Shown: in pieces, positions 24,480-37,615 of the stretch | Layout of the letters: every line of letters begins with the position of its first letter | Position numbering within the stretch: the first letter of the stretch is position 1 | DNA from: Eledone cirrhosa | Lineage: Eukaryota | Assembly (NCBI GenBank): GCA_964016885.1 | Contig: OZ024742.1 | Location: 152,210,001-152,274,000 of the forward strand | Direction: 5' to 3' | Length of the DNA: 64,000 nt | Made by a program: the position numbers and the translations under genes | The notes under the pieces: model-generated | What the model saw: the letters and a program-made list of their open reading frames with translations, nothing else | Told to the model about the DNA's origin: nothing | Databases searched by the model: none

Positions 24480-26453
24480 TAAGGAAAAAAGATGAAGTCA
24501 AATATACAACTGGGGTCTTTTTTCTAAAATATATATTTGTTTGGTTCCTTTACCGGTTTCGCAGGACTTTCACTGGTGTAGGACACTTCGTTTTTTTTTC
24601 ACTTTATAAAAAAACATCACTTTCTTATATATATGTATATAGTGAAAAATGGAACGGGAACAAAACAGAGAGGCAGTACGAACAAAGGTTTATTAATTTC
24701 ACGCCCTTGAGAGTGGACGAGGGGGCGTTTCGGGCATAAGCCCTTCTTCAGGCGAAAAGTTTATGGGAAGAGAGTTCCGAGGGTGTGTAGGGGAGTGGTG
24801 GAAAGAGATTTAGAAAAAAGGGGGTGGGGAAACGGTGGAATAAAAATAAATATAAAAAAAATAAAAATAAAAATAAACATGAAGATAAACAAGCGGTGGA
24901 AGGGTGTGAGGCGTGTAGGGGTGGTGACGGGTGGAGTAGGGAGAGGGAGGCGGGGTGTCCCGAGCGGGGAGGGCTGAAGGTGGTGTATGTGTGTAGGTGT
25001 ACGTGTGTGTGTGTGTGTGTGTGTGTGTAAATGAATGTGAGAGTTGGGGAAGGTCGGCGTGTATGTGCGCGTGTGGATGGGGGGACATATGGGGGGGGGG
25101 AGGGAGGAGAGAGGATTCCGGAGGCTGAGTGTGTATATATGTGGGGGTACGCACGTGTGTGTGGTGCTTATACGTATTGTGGATGTAGGTGGCGTGGTTC
25201 GAAAACAAATTTTTGTGAGTGTATGTCCGTGGGTAAGTTCCTAAGGTAGTTCCGTAGAGGATGTGGTAAGCTGCCGGATATTTTCCTTGTGATGGAGTTG
25301 ATGGTGGGCACGATGGCCAATGGTTGTGTTGGTCAGAATAGGGGAGATGTGGGCTGCCCGCGCAACAGGAAGTGGTCAGATGGTCAAGCGAGGAGGAGGT
25401 AGAGAAGAAGGACAGGTGGAGAGGGCTATGTGTCTGTGTGTGCGGAGGAGTGGTCAGAGGGTCAAGGCATAGCAGCAGTAGAGGAGAATGATAGGTGGAG
25501 AAAGTCAGTGTGTCAGTGTGTGCGGAGGTGCAGTGGACAGGGCAGAGGATGGGTAGGTGTAAAAGGTGGAGTGGGGAGAGGGTCATGCAGGGGATGAGGT
25601 ATGTATTAGTAGAGTTGTTAGTGGGATGTGTGTGTATGTGTGAAGGGGTGTGGGTGGAGCGGGGAGAGGGAGAGAAAGGTGTGGGGGACGGTGGAGAGAG
25701 TGTAGTGTACTGGTGTGTGTGTGCGTGTTTGGATGAGTGTGTGTGTGTTGAAGTGGGTGTTAGTGCGTGTTAGTATACTGTTGGGGGAAAGGGTTGAATA
25801 CGGGTGTGTTAGTGGGGTCAGTGCTGGTAGAGTGTGTAGAGTGGGTGGTGTAAGTGGGTGTAGGTGGGTGGGTGCGTTCGTGTGTGTGGGGTCGGGGGGA
25901 TGTTAGTGGTATTATATGTGGGGGTGGGGTGGGGTTGATTGTTAGTGGTGGTAGTAGGGGGTGTGGATAGTGTGAGTGCGTGTATATATGTACCGGTGGG
26001 TGTGTGCGTGATATGGGGAGAGGGAGGGGGATGTTAGTATTGTTAGTTGGGGTGGGTGGTTAGTATTGTTATGGGGTGGGCGGTGAAAAGGAGGAGTGTG
26101 TTAGTGGTGTTAGTGGCGTGTGTGTGTGGGGGGAGGGACAGGGCGATCGAAGGCTAAAGGTATAGGGGTGGGGAGTTCAGGCCGGGGGGAGTGTGGGTCT
26201 GTAGGGTGAAGATGGTGCGTTCTTTGACCCTAAGGCGCGTGGCGGTAGTTCCGTGGCATTGGAGTAGGCCACAGACTGTGAGGTGGTGCGCGGAATATCC
26301 AGGGGAGCCAAAGTGGCGGGCGATGGGGTAACTCCCGCCGAGACGAATATCCTGGAGGTGTTCGGTGAAACGGTCCGCCAGACGACGTCCAGTCTGTCAG
26401 ACGTAGGTTGCGCTACACTCCGTGAAGCGAAGTCCATAGTCTAGGTTGGAAGG

Positions 26454-26455
<2 letters not shown>
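24480..26455 (-). mobile_element. 5'-truncated Neptune-type PLE (GIY-YIG C-terminus plus C/A-rich 3' UTR)
   Basis: Minus strand 26450-26170 reads NLDYGLRFTECSATYV*QTGRRLADRFTEHLQDIR..PIARHFGSPG..IFTLQTHTPPGLNS. Confidence 0.8.
24700..24760 (-). ncRNA. Hammerhead core in Neptune 3' UTR
   Basis: CTGAAGA-a-gggc ttat gccc-GAAA-cg ccccct cgt-C. Stem I is ambiguous. Confidence 0.5.
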
Positions 26456-26490
<35 letters not shown>

Positions 26491-26534
26491 ATTATAGAAA
26501 GATAGATAGATACATATATATATATATATATATA

Positions 26535-29500
26535 TACATACAAAATGTTAAAACGATCAAATTTTAGTTTAGAACATTTATTAGCTGACAATTGTTTCTT
26601 ACAGAGGGAAGTCTGGCATCATCAGAGCATAGGGAATGTCGAAAAATGTTACTAAAATCCTAGTCATTTAGAACATTTAGGGTACATAATTATTGTTAAT
26701 GTCATAGGTAGCATGTGGACAGTTAGGAGTTAAAAAGATGTTCTGCTTGAACACAATTACATGCAGCACTGGTTGAAGTGTAAGATGTATAAGCGAAAAG
26801 CACAAGCAAAAAAATACAGGCAAAAAAGGTTACAAGCAATGAAAATTGGTGTACAATGCAGGAGTCAATACAGTCAATAAGGCATGTATGAAGAAGGAGT
26901 TATAATGCAGTTGAAATAAACATATTTTGTGTGGGGTGTTAAAGCATGTTATAATTGTTATAAATGTTTAAGATAGTGTGCAATTTATTAGAGAGGCATG
27001 TTGTGATAATGCAGGTATTTGTCATGTAAAGTGTAATGCAAAGCACGTGATAGAGTTAGATATGTGATTTTCATACAAGTGTTTATGTGTTGTAGTTCGT
27101 ATATATGTGTATATGTTGTTTGTAACTCACAGCCATTAACCATGGGATTATTTTGACTCGTTTATATTATTTTGACTCGTTTATATTATTATTAATATTA
27201 GTTACTAGGTTTGAAGTTGTGGAACGAGAATCTATGGTAATGTGGACACGTGGAGAAGATCTCTGATTTCCTATTTAGCAAACTAAGATTAGAGCGAATG
27301 ATTTTTCTAGACTCGAAGATGCAAAGGTTACACAAATTGTTAGGTGGTCTATATGAAGGGGCCTTAGCTATCACTTCCCAATTTAAGGTGTATGGTATAT
27401 TGCTTGATTTTAATGAGTGTATGTATGTGGATAGTGAGGTTACGTTGCTGAGTTTAGGGTTCTTAACGAATGAAGGTGTGATTTATATCTGCTCTTAAAG
27501 CTAGTCGATGTTGAGCCTATATACACTTTCGAGATGTGATTAGCGATTACAGTACCGGAGTAGATAATGTCTTTAATAAGGCAGTTCTTATTTAATGGGC
27601 ATGTCTTGTTAGGTCTAGTACATTTACAATTGTTTTGGTAACTAGTATACTGGTTAAGGGGGTATGCATTTGAGTGGTTATTTCTGTTTCTACTTTTAGT
27701 ATTATGATTATGGTAAGTATTATTATTATTATTGGTATTATTAGTGTGACTTGCTGTATGGCCTTGCATTGTGTTATTGTTCAGGTTATTTCTATGCTGG
27801 ACATTATTACTTAGGTGTAATTTGAAGTACTTTTAAATCTTTCTCTTGTTGGTGCTGACTATATGGTCTGCTATATTAGGTGTGGTTGAGTAGGAGATTT
27901 TAATTGTATTTTTGTTAAATAGGTTGTGGTATTTATGGTTAGTTGGGAAGTTTTTTCTAGAGTAGAGAAGGAAGCTTTAGGTATGTTTGTTGATACATTT
28001 AAGTTGAACGGAGGTTTAAACAATATCTTACTTCTTCTATTCTTCTCATGGTTGTTATGCATACTGCTGTTTAGTATGGTGTTAAGTTCCTTCTTATCTA
28101 TATTTTTCTTTCTGTGGTTTTTCTTAGGATATTGCTGTGGTGTGATTTAATTTGTTTGATGCTCTCTGTATAGGAGGCAGGATTTTCAATACTATGATCA
28201 TATTTAATTTTATTCATGGCCATGTTGTGTGAAATTATATTAGGTTGTCTATGGGTGGTTGACGATTTAGGTGTTAATTTGATTTTATCTCCATGGCCGG
28301 AACGGGCTAAAGCTTCATTATAGTATTGGGAGTTACGATTAAATGTATTCTCGTTGTAAGAAAGACTAGAGATTCTATTAGATACCCCTTTAATGATTGA
28401 GGTCAATACAGATTTAGGGTGGTTAGAGTTGGTATTAACATAGAAAAGCTTTTCATTAGGTTTATGATAAGCTGTATATTTTTTAGAGTCTAAGTAGAGA
28501 GTGACGTCCAGGAAGTTAACGTTTTTTGTGTTTTTATATAAAGTGATACCTAAGTTGTAGTTTTTAAATATTTTATGTAATTGTTTTCTGGTTCTTTCTA
28601 TATTGAATTTTTTAAAGTCTAAGAGGAAAAGTTCGTCGTCATGGTAGAGGCCACCGTTAAGGTAAGGTAAGTTCTTATGTATTTCGTTTAAGAGAAATAG
28701 ACCAACTAAGTAGGTTACCTGCGCCGAGTCACTAGATCCCATGGTAATATCGAAGTTGTTGGGTGTATTCTTGTGGCTCCATAGTTGGTCTTCAAATTTA
28801 ATTATTGTTTCCCTGGCCGCAAAGATTATATCTACCTGGGATCTAGTGAGTTCACTATTGTTCATGGCCATTATTAATGCTTTATTTAGGAGAATAGGTG
28901 TAGTAGGAGTTTATATCGAACTGGACGAATTTCTTATTATTTTCATTAATACCATTAAACCATTCGATTACTTCACTAGTTTTTTCCCCAGGGGTTAAAT
29001 TGAATTTTTTGTTTAATTTGGGGGATTACTTTATCCTAAAATGTTTTTACTAATAATACCAATATCTTATCTGGATGGGCAAATAAGTCTAATAGAGGGG
29101 TTAGTATTGAAGTCATCCTTATGGTCTTTCAGAGAGAATCGTGGGGGATTAGGGGTGTACGGTTGAGTATATCTCTCTAGTCCTAATTTACATATTAAAC
29201 TACGTGCTTCAATATTTATGTCATCTAGGTTTTTTTGTTTTTTTTGTAGTTCCTATAAAGTTCTTCATATATAAATTCTCTATATGTATCGTAATCTAGG
29301 CTATATATGTTTTTAGATTTATAAGCTAGTACTAAGATATTCTTATTCTTATTAAAGATGTTTATGGTGGAATTTAGGTCATTTAGAAGTTGTTCTTCTT
29401 ATTGTATTATTTCCTGTAATTAAACTTTATAACAAGTGACACAAAGTCGTTTTAATATGAGTCCAGTAAGATATTGTGTGGAGGGCTTTTATATGTTTTG

Positions 29501-29575
29501 AAGCCGTATGTTTCAAACGAAGGTGCGGTTCCTATCATAGTGGAAAGACCTCCATCTAAATCTTTTAATAAAAAA
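26535..29575 (-). mobile_element. Near-full-length decayed Naiad-type PLE (RT plus GIY-YIG)
   Basis: N-terminal RW..ETYGFKT..PP. RT: FDITMGSSDSAQV..LVGLFLL..GLYHDDEL..NFLDVTL..YVNTNSNHP..RISSLS. EN: CKCTRPNKTCPLNKNCLIKDIIY..YIGSTSTSFKSRY..CNLCIFE..LLNRKSEIFSTCPH. Frameshifted. Confidence 0.9.
26583..26630 (-). ncRNA. Type I hammerhead ribozyme
   Basis: atgct-CTGATGA-tgccag acttccct ctgtaa-GAAA-caattgt-C-agc. Palindromic ACAATTGT stem III, GUC triplet, eroded stem II. Confidence 0.65.
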
Positions 29576-30396
29576 TATATATATATATATACATTTTCAC
29601 ACACATATATATATATATATATATATACCTTATATTATATATACATATACTAACTATGTAAAAACTATCTAGTTATAATAAAATAATAAAATAATAAAAA
29701 AATGTTTTTAACTCCCTCCACACAAGTTTAAAAGATAACAATCATATAACCAATAATATTTTATATACTCTATAAACACTAGTTTATAACACTACCTCAA
29801 TATTAAAACAACCCTTAATTTATCAGCAACCTTAATTACCTCCCTTTCTTATTAACACCCTTTACAACTTCCTGTGTAAATTCATGAAATTAAGCAACCT
29901 AACGGTTGAATGATTATTGTTGAAAAGTACCCTTCTGACTAAATACAAGAAACTTTTATGATTGTTAACGTAGTTCTGGCCCAAACTGTGGCGTTCAGTT
30001 CAGTAGTGCCACATTTGTAACGGATGAACACATATTTCTCTGCAGGTGGCCCCTCATTATAGTTAAAACTTGTCGACGGTATAAACCAAATGTTTCAAAT
30101 ACGAAGACATTTCAAGGCTTTTCAACCGTCTTGGCACTTTGTATACAGGTAAATACATACAGGTATCTTGATAGACTTTTCTCTCTAATAGAGTAAAAGC
30201 TGCTGGGAATAATTAATTTGAATGCACAGTTTAGCACCTGCAACTGCTGAATACACGTATTGTTGGATAAAATAAATATAATTTATTAAATACACTCCAG
30301 ACTAAAGACATTCAGATATTGTACAATGGTGAATGATTGTCGCAATGGGTTTCCTTTCGTTTTTGTCGCCGTCCTTCTTGTCATCATCATCACCCT

Positions 30397-30438
30397 ATTC
30401 TTCTTCTTCTTCTTCTTCTTCTTCTTCTTCTTCTTCTT

Positions 30439-30492
<54 letters not shown>

Positions 30493-30540
30493 TTATTTTA
30501 TTTATTTTTTTTTTTTTATTATTATTATTATTACTATTAA
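30397..30540. repeat. (TTC)n-(ATT)n compound microsatellite
   Basis: Direct inspection. Confidence 0.95.
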
Positions 30541-31080
30541 GAGCCGTTCTAGAATGATAGTAAATACCAAACCGTCTTGTACACACACACACACACACAC
30601 GCACAGACACACGCACGCACGCACATATATATATATATTAATATCTGTATGTACCTACACATAGACACAAACACATTTTTATAAATATACGCGACTAACA
30701 TATTTAATACTTTAGTCTCCTTCTTAGTATTTGGTGAATACATTTCTGATGTAAAACAGAAAGAAAATATAATAAAAAAGAAATGTCAACTTTAGTCAGA
30801 ACTCTATTCTGTTTATATATTTGGTGTGACTTTGAATTTTGTTAGTTTTATTTTGTATTAAGCGTATTTTCTTTTGTCACCGAAATATTCCTTTGTCCAA
30901 ATAATCTATTTTGCTGTTTGACTCAACAATGGCATTTTGGCCATTGTATATATATATATATACATATATATATTTTATTTTTCTTGGTTCAATACTTGCT
31001 TATACATACATTATATATATATATATGGATATACATATGCATATATATATATATGAATATATATGTATATATATAAATAT

Positions 31081-31120
<40 letters not shown>

Positions 31121-31247
31121 GCATATATATATATATGTACATATATATGAGTATATGTGTATATATATATATATGAATATATATATATATATATATGAAT
31201 ATATATATATATATGAATATATATATATTTGTATACATATATATAAG

Positions 31248-31301
<54 letters not shown>

Positions 31302-31306
31302 TATAA

Positions 31307-31345
<39 letters not shown>

Positions 31346-31374
31346 TATAAGCATATATATATACATATATATAA

Positions 31375-31411
<37 letters not shown>

Positions 31412-32229
31412 TATAAGCATATATATATATACATATATATATACATATATATAAGCATATATATAAGCATATATATATATATTTATGTTTATATATATAT
31501 TATATATATATATAAGTGTGTTTGTGTGTGTGCGTGTGTGTGTGCATAAATGTATGTATGTGCATATATTCGTGTGTGTGTGCACATAAAAATACCGACA
31601 AATAGATGCGAAGAAAGTTTGGAGTTATGTTTTTTATCATTCCCTCTTAATAAATAATATATACCATCACAACTTGACATTTTTCGAATGTATTTTCTTC
31701 AATGAACGGGAAAGCTGAATATATGTTTTTATTTTAAAATATTTACACAATAGAATAATGTACATTGTTCTGTAGCGAAGCTCACTGATTATGTATAAAT
31801 TGTCTCAACGTGAAGTACTTGCATTATAAACTTCACTAACATACAAACATAGCGCTTTATCTAAATCAAGGAGCAGGTTTTATTATTTTGCTACATTTTT
31901 CAATAACATTTGAATCTGTTCCTTTGATTTCTTTGCAATACATTTGTGAATATGTATTAAGACAAGAATATTTGTGGTGTACGTTTAATTTTTGCTTGTG
32001 TGTTATTCAATGTGTAAGGGGGGGAGGGAGAGAGAGGTAGAAAGTGAAAGAGATAAATGAAAATGTAGATAGACTCATAGATAGATAATGCGATTGGGTT
32101 AAAGAAAAGCAAAAAAGTGGAGGATAGTAAGAGAGAGCAAGTGAAAGAGAGGGAGGGATGTAGAGAAAGACAAAGTGATAAATATATAGATAACTGGTTA
32201 TATAGAGGAAAGGGGGTGGTAGGGACACC

Positions 32230-32293
<64 letters not shown>

Positions 32294-32319
32294 GGTGTCC
32301 CTACCACCCCCTTTCCTCT

Positions 32320-35120
32320 CCCCACCTCTGCCTCTTTCACTCCCTCACGTCCCTGCACTCTAGTTACCATACCCCAGGACCTACTACTCTCCGAAGCCCA
32401 GCGCTCCCTCCTCGCCCGTCGTTTGCGTTTTATACCAACCACATCTATCCTGCGACGAGTTCCGCACACGTGCCGAGATTAACGGGTTCTTTCGTCGATT
32501 AAAGCTGAAAGCTTTTTTTCACGACACACCATCATCGACACAGACGGATTACTTCACTCGTCTCAGTCGCCGGCAATCACATTGGACGCCGAGCTCTGGC
32601 CAGTTCAGCACCCTCGACTCCTTTGTCGATACTTGCCGGCGTACTGTGAATCGGTTCCGTTTCCACCAGCATTCTCATCGCTCTAAAATCACGCGGACTG
32701 AGCTCTCCGCTCTTCGCAACCTTCGGCGTCGCGATGACATTGTAATCAAACCCGCTGACAAAGGTGGCGTGGTGGTGGTTTGGAGCGCTAACCTCTATAG
32801 GATAGAGGCTCTCCATCAGCTTCACAATACCCCTTTTTACCGCTCTTTATCCTCCGACCCCACTCCTGGCTACCAGCAACTCATGTCCTCCACCATCCAC
32901 GAGCTCATCTCCTCCTCTCTCCTACCCCCTACAGCCAACAACCTTATTGTACGCACCCCTCGCACACCCACCATCTACTTCCTCCCCAAAATACACAAAC
33001 AAAATAATCGTCGCCGTCCTATTGATTCTGCGTGCAACTGCTCCACCGAGATAATTTCTGAATATTTAGACACCATCCTCGCCCCGTAGTGGGCAGTCTC
33101 CCTCCCACATCCACGATACAAATCATGCCCTTAGACTCTTCAACTCTTTCTCCTTCCCTCCTGGTAAATCCCACCTACTCTTTACCCTGGACATCACTTC
33201 TCTCTATACCGTCATTCCTCATGATGACCGCCTCCGCGCTCTCCAACATTTTAAAGATTTACGCCCTACCCCTTACCGCAGCACTACCACTCTTCTCTGT
33301 CTGATTGAGCTTGTTCTCACCCTCAGTGGATTTTCTTTTTCGGGTGAATTTTATCAACAGGTCCCTGGGGTAGCGTTGGGAACCAGAATAGGTCCAAACT
33401 ATGCCAACTTGTTGGTTGGCTACGTCGAAGGCCAAATCATCTTCCAGTACGCTGGACCGACTCCTGAGCTATATGGTCGTAATATCGACGACTGTATCGA
33501 CGCCACCTCTCTATCACGAGAACAGCTCGACTGTTTTCTTTCTTTGGTCCAATCTTTCCATCCCGCTCTCAATTTTACCGCCTCCGTCTCCGATTCTTCT
33601 GTCGCTTTTCTAGATATCTCTCTATCTATTAATCACTCTCACCACACCCTCTGTACTTCCATCTTCATTAAACCAACAGACTCCCAATCTTACCTCGACC
33701 TCACCTCCTCCCATCCAACCCACACCAAACACTCCATACCCTACTTTGTAGTCAGGGCGACGATTTCGAAACCCATTCCCTTCACGTGGCTTCCTGCTTC
33801 ATCCACCGTGGATACCCCCACTCTGACCCAAGCTGCTCTCACCCGCGCCTGTGAATCAGACTGCACCACAGCCCTCTCACCTCACCCCGCCCATCCAACA
33901 CCCGCGTTCCTTTCCCTCTCACCTACCACCCCATCACCCTACCACTCCGGCGACATATCATCCGTTCCTTCCGTATGCTCTCTTCTGACACCGTCAATTC
34001 TCGCTTTTTTCCAAACCCACCTATTACCGCTTTTAGGAGCGCACGCAACCTCCGTGACCTCCTGGTTCGCAGTTCCTTTTCGTCCTCTCGCACGACTCCA
34101 CCCGGCTCTCATCCTTGTTCCCGTTCCCGCTGTAACACTTGTCCCTTTATTTCCACCCTCGCCACTCTTACAAGCCCTAACAGGTCTTTCGTATCCGACA
34201 TTCATTCACCTGCACATCCACCCACGTTGTCTATGCCCTCCGGTGTTCCCTTTGCGGATCTTTATATATCGGAAAAACGGGACGCTGTATGGCGGACCGT
34301 TTTGCCGAACATTTGAGGGCCTTCTTACTCGGTATGGATACTCCTGTCGCCCGCCATTTCTGTTCTCCTGGTCATTCTTCCCTACGTGTTTCAGTCCTGG
34401 GTGTCCTTTTACATCATGGATCACAGGCCTCGCGCACCAGGACTGAACAAAGTCTGAGTCACCGCCTTGGATCCTATTCCTCTCTTCGACTCAACTCACC
34501 TCCTCAATTTCTCTAATATCCCGTCCATTATCACACCCCTAGATTCCTATCGCTTTCTCTTGATCATTAGCAGCTTCTTTTACAACTAATACATGCCGAC
34601 TATATATGCTCACTTCAGTGGTCTGTATACACACATACACACACTTATATTAACATACTTTTGCTCATAGCTTCGTACTTACATGCACGAACACTATTTT
34701 GCTCACATATACACACACTTTTCTTCTTAGGTTCGTACGGCCGTATAATAACACACACATACATACACACATAAACACATGCTTACGTACGTGCACAAGT
34801 ATAGCTCTTTTTACAAAAACACTTTATTCTCTATTTCAGGTAGACACGCTCCATCATCCACTTTTCTAAAAAATAAATCATACACAAAACGCCAGCACCA
34901 ACAGTTTTGGAAGACATGTCAACATGAATGGATCTGTTATTTTTATCTAAAGACTTTTTTTCCAATTCCATCCCACCCGTCCCCTCAATCTATCTTATTT
35001 CTCATTCTTTCTTCTGACGAAAGGCTAGCGTCGTTAACACGCTCTTCCTGCTATATGAAGCGTTAACCTAATATATCCCTTCGATATACTGTACTGATTG
35101 TGTTGTTATTTCTGTTTACC

Positions 35121-35125
<5 letters not shown>
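32320..35125 (+). mobile_element. Near-full-length decayed Neptune-type PLE (RT plus GIY-YIG)
   Basis: VTIPQDLLLSEAQRSLL; DIVIKPADKGGVVVV; YFLPKIHK; TLDITSLYTVIPH; GVALGTRIGPNYANL..GRNIDDC..FLDI..KPTDSQSYL..SSHP; RNLRDLLVRS..PCSRSRCNTCP; ADRFAEHLR..PVARHF. Many frameshifts. Confidence 0.9.
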
Positions 35126-35167
<42 letters not shown>

Positions 35168-35247
35168 TATATATATATATATCAAGTAAATATGTTTTAA
35201 TACAGTGAGCATGTTTGAAATTAGAAAATAGAATAGCTTTCACCGTA

Positions 35248-35293
<46 letters not shown>

Positions 35294-35531
35294 CACACTC
35301 ACGGTGAAAGCTATTCTATTTTCTAATTTCAAACCTGCTCACTGTTTCAAAACATATTTGCTTGTCATTTATACTCGCTAAGAATGATTTGAATGGAAGG
35401 AGATGGGTGATGTGTTGGTGTATATGGTAGCACAGTGGTCTGGATAAGCAAAGATGTGGGTTCACTCCCATGTACGTCAATACTCACCTTTTTCCATTTA
35501 TCTGAGGGTTTTAAACCCCATTGACAGACTA

Positions 35532-35616
<85 letters not shown>

Positions 35617-35712
35617 AATGAGGTGATTCCGTCGGGAAGGTCCAGGAAAGAGAAGTGCTCTATGTAAGTTACAGAGCTTATTAGTTATGTAATAAACAAC
35701 ATAAGATTATTA

Positions 35713-35772
35713 TTTCATTTACCAGTGGTTTCTTGAAAGCAACCAATATTGGTTTCATTCATCAGAATGAAA
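35713..35772 (-). ncRNA. Type I hammerhead ribozyme
   Basis: tttcatt-CTGATGA-atgaaa...tttcaa-GAAA-ccactggt-A-aatgaaa. Confidence 0.75.
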
Positions 35773-36057
35773 AAAATCCTAGTGTCTTTATTGACAAGGG
35801 ATTTGAAAAACAAAAATATAACAGATATGAAACTGAGGCTGGAGGAAAAAAAAGGGTGGGGGGGGAGAATAATAAATAAGAATATATAACAACACACACG
35901 TACACACACACGCACACACACTCACATATACACACATATATACATATATATATACATATATACACGCATATCTACACATATATATACACAGAGACACATA
36001 AACACAGACACACATATATATATATATATATACATCCATACATAAACACACCAACAT

Positions 36058-36092
<35 letters not shown>

Positions 36093-36174
36093 ATGTAGGA
36101 GGTGAGTTTTCTTGTAGCACAATAAAGCAATGCAAATATCAGATAAGTACCACTCAACAGTTTATAGGACTGGA

Positions 36175-36512
36175 GTATAAATAATATAAAATTAAAAGAT
36201 AGTTAAAAGTGTTCCATGTATTTTATTATGCGCATTTCAAAAACAAATATCATGATGGGATGATATTTGCGTTCTCATCAGATAAAATAGGGAGACATGA
36301 TATGAACCTTAAAAAACACTTGCGAGCAGAGAAGTGTTAAATCAATATATGTTGATTTAACACTTCACCTCCCGCAAATGTTTTTTAAGGTTCATATGTC
36401 TCCCTATTTTATCTGATGAGAACGCAAATATCATCCCATGATGGAATTTGTTTTTGAAATGCGCTTAATAAAATACATGGAACTCTTTTAAGCATCCATT
36501 GATTTTATACTA
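36175..36512. mobile_element. Fold-back PLE terminus with ~165-bp arms, each carrying a hammerhead (36219-36289 minus; 36405-36475 plus)
   Basis: Palindrome centred at ~36348. tattttat-CTGATGA-gaacgcaaat...atttgttttt-GAAA-tgcgcat-A-ataaaata (the plus copy has tgcgctt). Confidence 0.8.
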
Positions 36513-36558
36513 TATATATATATATATACACACACACATATATATATATATATACATG

Positions 36559-36603
<45 letters not shown>

Positions 36604-37330
36604 GTGATAAAATGGGGAGAAAAATACTGCTGGTAGCACATGGATAACATGTAATTAAATAAGTCCCTCATCAGTGATTTGCCGACGATCATAGATATTT
36701 CATTGCATTAAAAATCATATACCTCACGTCGGTGCAATAATAACTAAATTAAGTTATTAGGACAATTAAAACGCGTAAAGCGAGTGAGACAGGAAAACAA
36801 CAAAGAGTAGAGCTAACCGTAGAGGAAGGAAACAAGCTTCATAGTTATTCTGATAGCATAAGCTAGGTTAATATATGAGCGCTTAGAAAAAAGACCTTTC
36901 GCGAACGAATGCAATGTAAGAAAGAGAGAAATTGCTTTCGTTGCGAACGGGGTGAAGTGAGGAGAGGAGAAACAGTGAGTGAGTGAGTGGAAGTGTGAGG
37001 AAGAGTTAACTGACATGACATAGGGGGCGAAAGAAAGTAGAAGAAACAGAGAGAATGAGGGAGCAGTAAGAGAGAGAGAGAATACAGATACACATGCATA
37101 CATACATACACACACATACATATACACATATATACACACATGCATACGTACTGACATATAAAAGGATACGTATGCACGCACACAAATAAGAATAAATAAT
37201 CATAGAAGGGCGTCAGATACAAATAAGCAAATAAAAAATAAGGATTAAGAAAATAAAAAAAACAAAAAATATTATTAAGTTGACAGCGATACAAGACGGC
37301 AAAATTTAAAATGAAAATAAAAATAATAAA

Positions 37331-37373
<43 letters not shown>

Positions 37374-37615
37374 TTTTCTTTATTAACCACAAGGGTTCAC
37401 ATAAAGTAGACATTAAGGACAGTACAGGACAATACAGGACGGTACAAATGGGCATTTCTGCGTGTAAAAAAACAGAGGTTGAAATAAAATAACAAAGAAA
37501 AAGTCCCCAATAGGGGGGAGACTTCCAAGGGACATTTGTGGAGAAAGCCCATTAAAAGACCACAGTGGCCCTGACCACCAGGGCAAGTGCCCTCTCCCAG
37601 TTTTCCACCTTTAAT

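Noticed and set aside
24783-25906. ORFs in the G/T-rich block
   Set aside because: Low-complexity 3' UTR of the minus-strand Neptune element.
26535-29575. Selenoprotein-type Naiad (in-frame UGA for Cys plus SECIS)
   Set aside because: The conserved Cys positions I could read in the Naiad endonucleases here use normal Cys codons. No SECIS recognised by eye.
35005-35045. Hammerhead in the 3' UTR of the long Neptune copy
   Set aside because: CTGACGA is present but the GAAA segment is deleted relative to 20028-20055, so it is non-functional.
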